This document shows positions 13,685 through 25,744 of a DNA stretch of 64,000 nucleotides, piece by piece. A model generated the notes under the pieces. That model made no database searches and was not told the origin of the DNA. It worked only from the letters and a program-made list of their open reading frames with translations. The stretch lies in the NCBI GenBank assembly GCA_964016885.1, contig OZ024742.1, positions 133,920,001-133,984,000 of the forward strand. Reading direction: 5' to 3'. Source of the DNA: Eledone cirrhosa. Its lineage: Eukaryota. Position 1 is the first letter of the stretch. Every line of letters begins with the position of its first letter. The position numbers and the translations under genes were made by a program.

Positions 13685-13825
13685 GAATTACCCAGTGCAT
13701 TACTGGGACTTTATTTTATCGACCCCGTAAGTATGAAAGGCAATTTATCCGTAGCGGGATTTGAACTGAGATTGGAAAGAGCCGTAACTCTATGCGTCAA
13801 AGCATTGCGTCCGACCCTCTACCAA
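13685..13825 (-). mobile_element. tRNA-derived SINE (Meta-domain type), partial
   Basis: Reverse complement of gttcaaatccc...gcctttcat.cttacggggtcgataaaataaagt.ccagtaatgcactggg. Confidence 0.85.
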
Positions 13826-15220
13826 TAATATTAATAACCATTATTATTATAAATTTTGTTTGGTATGTCAAGACGTGTTTGAATATCGCTCTGTAAATTT
13901 TGTTAATTTTTGTGCCGAAATATTTGAACTTTTTGGGGGGTTTAAAAAAGTATTTTTTCTCCCAAAATATCATAAACGGATCCCGACCTCAACGTTAAGT
14001 CAGCTATCATATAACAGCGGCTTAAATGTTAAGCTAATAGAGCCCGCCGCCACCACCACTACCACCATCTCCATGATGAAAACTAGGATCAATTTAGGCA
14101 ATACCTCCAACTACAACAACATCAGCACCAACTAGAAAAAAAAAGACGGAAGTAAAAATGGCAATAGCAGCAACAACAAGAACAGCGACAAAACAAGTGA
14201 GAACTACAAAGACAGCAACATTAACAACAAGGATGACAGAACCAACGACAACATCAAAACAAACAGTTAGTATAATTTATCTAGATTTCTATGGCTTACC
14301 ATTTACACACTAATGGACTGGATTTGTTGTTAATATCTAGCATATTAACAATTGATGGACATTTCTATAAGAACGGCAGACCTAAAACATTTAAGAAGAG
14401 CAACCATTTATTTCCTATTTGTCTAAGCATTGAATCTATTACGGCGTGTCATAATGGTAATTCATTTTGTTTTGCTCACGAGCAGTATGTGGGGTTTTAA
14501 TGCAAAATTATTTTTTAAAAATTTATTTGTTCCAGTTCAAACAACAATTTGTTTAGAAAGTAATCGTGCTATAGATGTGAATGGGCTTCTAAAATTAATG
14601 GGATCATCTGCATCAACAGCGGAGGTATATTGAGTTGCAAAATGAAGGACTACTATTTTTGTAAATTCACTTGAACGACATCTTAAAACTAAGCTGTGCC
14701 ACCACCACCTGTAACACAGCCACGAAATAGGAATTGGATAACGTGGGTGACGAAAACATAATCAAATATTTCCATTTTAAATAAATAAAATATTGTTTCT
14801 ATTTTTTGGCACAAGGCCAGCAAATAACCAGTACATTACTGGTACTACGCTGCATATGAAATAGTTTTATCTCTGAAGTGAGTCATAAAGATATATCTTC
14901 TGAATGATCCTACACCTATGAGAGCCTGCCGGAATGAACATTATTATATCATAGTAACACTATATATGTCATACATCACATAGTATTGTGCATGATTTTG
15001 CGTGAGAGCACGTCATACATCGTTTTTAAATAGCGAGATCTGGGTAATGAACGGCAATTATATCTCCATTAAACTTATCTAGCATAACTACTTATTATCT
15101 AATTATTTACGTTGCTAAAGATATGCACATTTCTTAGACAAATAGGAAATTTGCCTGCTATGCAAATTTCCCTACCCGTTTCATTTATTTTCCATATCCG
15201 CGAATATAGAATATATATAT

Positions 15221-15270
<50 letters not shown>

Positions 15271-15391
15271 GGAGTTACGACCGATAGATAGTATTAGCAA
15301 TTAGAAAGACCAACAGAAACACTATTTCCTCGGTCCGATTTGACGAAAGTTGATCGTTCCTTTAAATATAATTTGCCTACCCGTTTCTCCG

Positions 15392-15434
<43 letters not shown>

Positions 15435-15504
15435 AAAAAGAGATGAAATCGAAAATGCAAATGGAGTCTTATTTTTAAAAAATATATATATATTTATTTG
15501 GTTC

Positions 15505-15540
15505 CTTTACCGGTTTCGCAGTTCTTCTGCTTTTCAAAAG
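15505..15540 (-). ncRNA. Candidate minimal type I hammerhead ribozyme, U3:A8 variant
   Basis: ctt-TTGAAAA-gcag(aagaa)ctgc-GAAA-CCGG-TA-aag: perfect stem II, palindromic stem III ACCGGT and a GUA site. Stem I is only 3 bp. Confidence 0.45.
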
Positions 15541-15587
15541 TAGAGTTGAGATGGAGGGTCTGTGGTTTTTCTCACATCTGTGGTTTT

Positions 15588-15627
<40 letters not shown>

Positions 15628-15664
15628 CCGGATATGGAAAATTAATGAAACGGGTAGGCAAATT

Positions 15665-15737
<73 letters not shown>

Positions 15738-16182
15738 AAACCTTGCTATATTATTACTTCTCCGTGAGTAAACGTATCACTAAATTACTCTCCACTCTGA
15801 CAATTTGTCGATATGTCTCGTTTAATAAATCAACATAGACAGGCATTTGTATATGAAGTTATAAATGTTTTCGGTAACAGGTGGAGGAGAATTGATCACC
15901 AAGATATAAGCTCACTCCACACAATATTAATAATAAGCTAAGGCATGAAGGAGTGCGTGCTTCAGAGACACATAAAATTATGAAATATTTTATAACATCC
16001 ATAATATTCTGAAAAACATACCATATACTTATACATTACTATACATTTTTTCAATAAAAGTTCGGAAACCAATTACCGTTTCAACTAATATACGGATTTA
16101 TTTAAACTCAATTTTGATCATTCTTCCATTTGAGTTTGTGACCTATATATTCCACTGCTGTAGCATTATCATTTATATATTG

Positions 16183-16368
16183 GTGGATTGGCAGTATCAG
16201 TAGAGGGTCGGACGCCATGCTTTCCCGCATAGTTACGTCCCTTTACGATCTGAGTTCAAATCCCACCGAGGTTGACTTTGCCTTTCATCCTTACGGGGTC
16301 GATAAAATAAAGTACCAGTAATGCACTGGGTATTTGCTGGCCTTGTGCCTAAAGTAGAAACAATTATC
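16183..16368 (+). mobile_element. tRNA-derived SINE (Meta-domain type), full length
   Basis: A-box-like tggcagtatcagt, B-box gagttcaaatccc, central gcctttcatccttacggggtcgataaaataaagtaccag and tail ccttgtgcctaaagtagaaacaattat. Confidence 0.88.
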
Positions 16369-17908
16369 ATTTGTATATCGTTTCTGTCTTAGACATCCCA
16401 CATCTGATTTCATAATATTACACTAATATTTTCAAATTAAATAACTCTTAATAAGATTTGAATAGTGGTGAATTAAATTAATTAATTATAAAATGTTGTC
16501 ACATAAGGCGTATATTACGTTATATTCTAGGTATAATCACATTCACCTATTAGACAATAACATAAATCGTGTTCACAAATTTCTCCCTACACCTATATAC
16601 CTACGTAATAAGGAAAGACTACTTTAGATAGTAAGACGCTGAAACCCTTCTCATTGTATTAATTACGTGAAAATATATATAAAAACAACTAAGATAGCTC
16701 TAACTGAAATTGTGACGTAAAAACAGCTTTTATAGATAATGTTATTAGCTATTATGTGGAATAAAACGCTTCAAGGTCATTAGTAACTTAATTTAATGAA
16801 TTACTATGATTCAAACATTGATCATGTTTCTTGCCTAGAACATTTGACTGATGTTTACTAAAGAAATTAGAAAAGTGTCTGACATTCATCATATTCTCAA
16901 GGTCATCGGTGTCAAACTTGGAAATAAGTAATTAGAAGAAGATAGTTCCGTCAACTTACCTCGTAGGCTATGAGATTCGCCACTAATGAGAATAGGTGAG
17001 ATTCAAGGCGGGTCTGTGCGGAAATTAGGGTCGCGATTGAAATGAAAGTAAATCACATTATATTGTATGGCTAAAACTAAGAATAGAAATTTTATCATCT
17101 GAGAATTGGCTTCGCAGAAACATATAATTTCTACGTTAACATTTCTTGTATCTATCGGTCATAATAATAAAATGGTGAATAAAATCAATATACTTGCCTG
17201 GTGGCACTCCTCACAGTAAACAAAACATTTTGGAGAACAAATACATCCACTATCGGAATCATTAATGTAATTACGTTACCTTCGAAGATTTCCTGATTTT
17301 TATTCCTCGATATTTGTTTCGATATATTATTATTATTATTTTTAATTTTTTTATTAAATATTTTTTTTCATTTCTTTGTTTTCGTCAATTCGCTTTCCGA
17401 CAAAAAATATCTCCCAAAACAAAACAACATAAATGAATAAACACATTTACAAGTCTCTAAACAATCTCTAAAAATATCGAACACACATTCCATCATCCTC
17501 ACCCACACGTCTTTCATGTTTAAACATCGTTTCTCTCAACAGATATTTTTTTAGCTTCTGTTATGCCGCTGTTTTCCAACATTTTATGCCACTAGTTTTA
17601 TTTAGCTCTATGAGTTCGATTTACATTATTTGTTCATATGATGTCGGTATGTAGCCTCAGATCAACCCTTATCGAGCAATGTGTAAATTATTTGTAAGTT
17701 TGTAATTTTGATAAGATAAGACAAAATGGCTCGCGTCCGCTATTGACTCGTCTAATTTGATTATAAATCTGAGGTACTGTTGTGCATACTGGCACTTTTC
17801 GAGCCATTTGGGGAATGGATGGGCTCATACCACAACTATCTTTATAAATACAAAATATACTCACATACACTCATACATATGTATATAAATATACACACGC
17901 TTGCATAA

Positions 17909-17955
<47 letters not shown>

Positions 17956-17958
<3 letters not shown>

Positions 17959-20545
17959 ATAATAATAAATTTGAAGACTAAAATTCAAAGATGGCTCGAT
18001 AAGGATAAATATATATCAAATATATAAGAACCGTAGAGCGAAATTTATTAAAATAACAGATTAAAGTTTAAGCAAAGAATCGCTGCTTTCAGCTTTAACG
18101 GGATCTTCTGAAACTAAAATAATCGATCTGTGAACGCATAAGTAAATATTTCGAAAAGCGTTGCACTGAAAGAAAACAGGAGGAATAATTATTTCGCGGT
18201 GATTGATTGGTTCAATGGCATAAGCAACAAGGAACATTGCCATTTTATCCAATTCGACATCAATAACTACTACTCTTCCATCACTTTACCACTTCTTCTT
18301 AGAGCTATCAATTTCGCTACAACGCTCAGGATGGTTAAGGATTTCGAATTTGATGTCATCCTCAATGCCCGTAAGTCGGTGATTAATTTCGACGACTCTA
18401 TTTGGATAACAAAAATCTAATAGTACCCCATTCGACGTGAGTATGGGCGCCAGCGATTCGGCGGAGGTTACAGAACTTATCGGCCTTTTTCTTCTTTTCT
18501 CTATCAATGAAGAATTCCCCAATGTGGGCGGTGGTTTGTACCACGATGACGAAGTCCGGTCCACGCGCTTCCGACAGGTTCTGAAAAGAACTCCCAGCCT
18601 TCTTTAAAGGCTTCAACCTCTCCATACAGGTTGAGGCCAACCTCTCGGTTGTTAATTATCTCGACGTTACCCTCGATTTGTCGAATGGCTTGCACTACCC
18701 GCATAGAAAGCCAAATGATACGCTTAATTACATAAGTAATCACTCTAGCCATCCTGCCAGCGTAAACAAGAACCTGGTAAGAAACGTTTCGTTGAGGCTT
18801 TCCCGTCTCTCTACAAACAGGCATAATTTCACAGACCATTCCACATATTAAAATGAAGCTCTTGCTCGGAGTGGATTTGTCGATAATGTAGCTTATACTA
18901 AGTACGAGCATAGACCAAGAAAAAGTAGATCCCGACGCATTCTATGGTATAAACCACCATATAATATCGATGTGGCCACACCATTAGCTAAGATCTTTCT
19001 CTCTTTTATTAAGAAGAATTTCCCCTTAGCACAAAAATATAATAACATTTTTAATAGAAATACCATTAAAATATCTGACTCTACGACTCCTAACCTTGCA
19101 CATAACATCACTGCTTCAAATTTAGCTAAATTACGTAGGCGAAGGAACACGTGTATCCCTGTAGCTAGTACTAACTGTAATTGTAGGAATCGGGTTGACT
19201 GCCCTCTATCCGGGAAATGCCTCTCCAGTAACATTGTCTACAAATGTAAGGTCGAAACACCCACGTTCGTAGGGCCTACATAGGGTTAGCCTCCAATAGA
19301 TTCAAGCAGCGTTTTTGCATTCACACCTATTCTTTTCTTAACCCTTTAAGAAGGAATATGACGTCACTTTCAGCTTATATCTGGAGCCGAAAAGACAACA
19401 ACACCCAATATAGGTCACACTGGGAGATGCTAGCTAAGGCTAGATCGTATAACGGAAATAAAAGAAATGCGATATTTGCGCCGCTGAAACCCTGGAAATA
19501 ATCTACGCCAATGACCACATCTTAAACAAAACATGTGAGGAAATTTTGGCTTGTAAACACAAATTGCATAAAACTTTCCTGTATTCAGCATCACACTATA
19601 CCCTAACGGATAGTACAAACAATACGTGGATAATTTATGTCTTGATGTGGTAGCTAAGTATATTTTATGTTTATAGCATTACTTATTTGTATAGGTAAGT
19701 GTACCTTACCTGTATGTTCTGTGAAGGTCCGTATAATTTCCCGTACGTATTTATGCTTGCATTTGTTATAGGTGTATATATTATATTATACATACTGGTA
19801 TATGTGTATATGGTTATGTGTATATGGGTATTCGTGTCTGTGTGTCTATGCGTGTTTGCACGTGTGTAAGGTGTGTATATGTGTACATTGTGTTTTGGTT
19901 GACGTAGTTTGGTGAACATATGTGTTTACCTGTAGGTATGTGACTGCATGCGTTCTATACGTATTTATGTGTGTATATTTATATACGTTTATATAATTAT
20001 ATGTATATATATATACACACACACATTCATATATATTTGTTTAATGAGTATCTTGTGTATATGTTCGTATGTGTGTGGCTAGACGTGTCGCGCGAGTTCG
20101 TGTATGTGCATGCACGGCGGGTGTTTTCGCGTATGTACGTGTATGTACGTATACGGATGCATATATATTTGATTTTAATAATCTCTGTCATTTTCGTTCT
20201 ACTAATTTATTTACATTATTCTTAACTCTGAAGCCGAGAATCATTCGGTTTCCGAAATAGAATTTTAGTCTACGACCACCATTATACTATACACGTGATT
20301 TTGGCTTGCGGATAATTCTTCTCATCGATCGACATAACGACGTATTATCTTCGATCATTTCCATTTATTGCCAGGGTACGTCTTCACGAACCAAAGTATC
20401 GTCTGCCTGTTTTCCTTCGGTTGCAAGCTTTTTCGATATATTTACTTCTGCGTTCACATATTGATTTTGTTTAGTTTCAGAAGATCCCTTTAGTGGCGAA
20501 AGCAGCGATTCTTTGCCTAAACTTTAATCTGTTATTTTAATAAAT
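17956..20545 (+). mobile_element. Penelope-like element, family 2 (Hydra-type), 5'-truncated with an inverted 3'-end copy at its left end
   Basis: Fragments IDWF..FIQFDINNYYSSI, FDVSMGASDSAEVTELIG, NYLDVTLDL, SSHP, WYKPPY and CNCRNRVDCPLSGKCL over about 18190-19590. 18043-18180 is the reverse complement of 20407-20545. (TA)n lies on both flanks. Confidence 0.88.
20473..20523 (+). ncRNA. Hammerhead-like motif in the family 2 PLE terminal repeat (second copy 18065-18115, minus strand)
   Basis: agttt-CAGAAGA-(13 nt)-GAAA-gca(9 nt)tgc-YT-aaact. Stems I and III pair, the core has U4A, and stem II is weak. Confidence 0.4.
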
Positions 20546-20798
20546 GTATATATATGTATATATATATATACACACAAATATACATTTAGCGAGATTCCCA
20601 TTTCGGCGAATAGAAATTAGCGAAACGCAACTTCCGAATTGTGTTGGCGAGCGCTCAATGGATATGAATATACCAGAGCTATAAACATACGTTAAATAGG
20701 CCATATGAAACTAAGACGATGGTTAAGAAGCCATTAACCACCTAAGCCAAAAAAGTGAGCAAGCTAAGCGGGTGAAACACAAATAAGATATGATTGAA

Positions 20799-20886
<88 letters not shown>

Positions 20887-21009
20887 TGTCTGCTATGGGA
20901 ACAATGGGAAAATCATAAATCAGGAATATGTAGGTTAAAAACTAAAAGTGTGGGGTCGCTGACTATTCTCCATGTCATCAATGTATACGTATATATATAT
21001 ATATATATC

Positions 21010-21422
<413 letters not shown>

Positions 21423-21477
21423 TATAAAATATTAAACAAATAATGAATAAACAATTCCTTATATTAAACAAAAAAAG

Positions 21478-21632
21478 TTCATTATTTAACGATCGTTTCT
21501 AGGATATATATGTGTTAGAATTGGTATGCATATTCAACAGATCTATGTACAAAATTATACAAAATTATACAAATTATCAAGATTAAATATACATACCAAA
21601 CACATATATACGCCGTCTTCAGAAATAATGAA
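21478..21632 (-). ncRNA. Type I hammerhead ribozyme with long stem II (3' pLTR copy)
   Basis: Reverse complement of 34446-34600. Confidence 0.7.
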
Positions 21633-22299
21633 GTATATTTATTGATAATAACAACAATTCAAAATGTCAGGTCCGTTTGGGAACGAAATTGACCAATGAA
21701 AACACAAAGGGTTAAATGCAGTTCGGTGTGTGTATATACATGTAAAACCCTTACACATATTTTACAAAAATGTATGTATAATTTGTATACGCATACTAAA
21801 AGGATGGATGCAAATACAAAATTTCAAGGTTAATGTCTCTGTAGGTTTATAATGCGCAGATAAGATGCGTATTGACACTTATGAAGTTAAGTATATAAAT
21901 ATATTTTTTCATACTCACACATATCCGTATAATCACACATAAACGCGCGTATATGCATAAATATACACATAACCACGAACATACAAACACACACACACCC
22001 CCACTCACATTTATATATGTGGATATAAAATCATAAGCACATGGATATTAATTCACTCACATAAAACATTGGCACACACACTTTTAGATCAAGATACAGA
22101 AATTAGGTGGGAGGGGGGGGGTCAGTATTCAACTGTCTGAGCAAACTGCCTAATATAAATGTATCCATAAACTAAGAAAAATAAAAAAATAAAAAAATAA
22201 AAAAATAAAATATAATAAATAAAACATTAAAGAGGAAAGAGTAGAAAGAAAAACAGAAAAAAGAAAAAAGAAAAAAGAAAAAAGAAATATATCAAGAAA

Positions 22300-22325
22300 A
22301 TAAATATATATATATACACATATAT

Positions 22326-22370
<45 letters not shown>

Positions 22371-22566
22371 TATATATATATATATAAAAACATACATATA
22401 TATACACATAGACACACACACATCCATACATAAATATACACACATATATAAACACATACATACATATACACACATCCACACTAAGAACATACATACACAC
22501 ACATATATAAACATATACATATACACACATACATACATATACGCATATACATACAAATACACATAC

Positions 22567-22601
<35 letters not shown>

Positions 22602-22933
22602 CATATATATACATACATATGTGTACATACACGTACATATACACACACATATACATATAATCACACATACTATATAGACACAGATATATATAACCACACA
22701 CATACATACACATATACAACACTTACATACTAATATACATACAGATATACACATACATAGCTATATATACACACAAATATATACAGACTTACATATATAC
22801 ATACAGACAAATACTTACGCATCTATATATCGGTATATACATACAAACACCACTACACTATCACACAACTTAGAAATACAAAGAGAAAGGTATATACCTA
22901 TACACACATACATATACAAATAGAAAAACATAT

Positions 22934-22972
<39 letters not shown>

Positions 22973-23585
22973 TATACATATACATATATATATATAACAT
23001 ATATATATACATATATATATATATACATATACATACAAATACACATACACACACATACAGATATATACACATACATACATGTACACACACATAGAAATAT
23101 TTACGCATACACACATACACACATACATATAAAGTCATACACACACATACACCTACACGAACATACACATACACATATATAAAGATATATATACACACAC
23201 ACACACACACGCAACACATACACACATACACATACATACACACATACATAGACATACATGTACATACATATACGTACATCGATATACATATATATATATA
23301 TATACACACATAGACATATACATACATACACACACAACTTACATACACACATATATATACATGTATATTCATACATAGAATTAGATATATAATCATACAT
23401 ACATATGCACTTACTTATACTCATATATACAAATACATACGCATCCATATATGCGTATATACATAAAAAACCACTACAACATCACCTAACTCAGACATAC
23501 AAATAAAAATAAAAATAAAAAGGCATATGTATATACATACACACACACATTAATAGAGATATATATATACACACATACATATACA

Positions 23586-23625
<40 letters not shown>

Positions 23626-24013
23626 CACACATACACTCATACATATATATATATATATACACATAGATACCCACACACTCATACCACCATAAATACACAT
23701 ACAAACACCCACATATACATATATATACACACGTATATATATATATATATATATACACACACATAAAAAACAGACATGCACATATATATATATATTTTTT
23801 TACACTTATATATACACATATTATATACACATACACAACCTCGCTTATACACACATACACATAAGTTATATTATAATAATAAAAAATAATATATATGTAT
23901 ATATATACATATATATATATATACATACATACACATATATACATATATACATATAAACATATACATACATATATACACACATACGAATATAGACATATAT
24001 TCACACATAGACA

Positions 24014-24073
<60 letters not shown>

Positions 24074-24560
24074 TACATATACACAGACACATATACACAC
24101 TCACATATATATATGTGTGTGTGCACACACACATATATACACACATACACATATATACACATAAACACATATATGTGCATACATGTACATACACACACAT
24201 ATATCACATAGATACGAAGATAGACATATAAATAGAGAGACATACATATATATACACAACACACATACACACACATACATACACACGCATATACATATAC
24301 ATATATATATACATATATATATATATATTCCTATATATACATATATAGACATACATACACATATATACACATACATACACATATACGTACACACATTCAC
24401 ATACACATACATATATACATGCATATATACACATATATACATACATACACACACTCATATATACACACACAATCTTACATTCATATTTGCATGCACATAT
24501 ATGTATTTTTATATTTAGATATAAATACCCAAACCTATATAGACACCTACCTACATATAT
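22300..24560. repeat. Degenerate (CA/TA)n low-complexity tract within the PLE 3' UTR
   Basis: Mirrored almost base for base at about 31400-33770. Confidence 0.9.
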
Positions 24561-25744
24561 ATTCATACATAGACGCTTACAAATACAGATGATAATAGTA
24601 TGGGGGAAAGGGGGGGTTTGGAGAAGGGGATCAAAGTAAATATATGTTTCAAGAAACATAGAATATTTTCCGTATCTTTATCCAATGTATGTTTTTACAT
24701 ATTTTCAGTGTTAGGAAATACAACAAACAAAAACTAAGGCAAAATCTATGCATCTCAAAATAAACAAGTATACCATTAATCATATGTTAACTAAACCAAA
24801 GATAGTTAACATATTGATTTCTAAGGTGTAAATTAGTTAGGTTTATAATATTTGAAGCAGAATTTTGAAGTTAAATAGTAGTAGAGTATTAATTACAGTA
24901 TAACTAAATTAAAGTTAATAACGTTATGGTATCAATATTAGGAAATGAATTTAGTAATAGGGAAAAAAAAAAAAAAATAAAATAAAATAAAGTATTACAT
25001 CGGTAGTAGAATATAAATTATATGTTAACTAAATTAAAAATTATATGTTTATTTCTATAGTATATGTTAATTAGGTATACAATACATAAAGCAGATATTG
25101 TATTTCATCAATAGCATAATATAATAATATGCAAATAGAAATCAAAATTAATACGCATACATAAACATATACATATACATACACATACACATATACATAT
25201 ATATACACACATATATATATATATATATACATATACACATATACATACACACACACATACACATACACATATACATATACATATCTTTTTCAAAAAATTG
25301 CATAGAATATATTAACTAGGTATATATCCAAAACACATCCCATTCTATGATTACATGATATTCTGCAATTCGTCTGTATAAGGATACTAATTTTAAGCAA
25401 ATTAAAATTAAATTTTTAGGTTGATTAAAACTAAACCCAATTATAAATATATTTCTAAAATGTATATTAATTAGGTCTATAATACTAAAAATTATTTCTC
25501 TGTCATTGGATACACGATATTATTTTGTTATATTTTATCTGTAAAAGAATTATAATAAAAGGTTTAAATAAATTAAAATTAATCTATAAATTAAATTACT
25601 AAGTATATATTAGTAATATTTAAAGGTTTTTCACAATTTATGATTACATAATATTTTATATTCTCATCTGTAATGAAATTTTAATTAAATTAAATTTATA
25701 GGTTAACCAACATATAAACTAAATTAATTTCTAAAATAATGTTA

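Noticed and set aside
22150-25293. Many 60-210 aa YIYI/CVCV ORFs (also 30661-33920, 46413-46866, 61970-62542 and others)
   Set aside because: Translations of stop-free TA/TG microsatellite, not genes.
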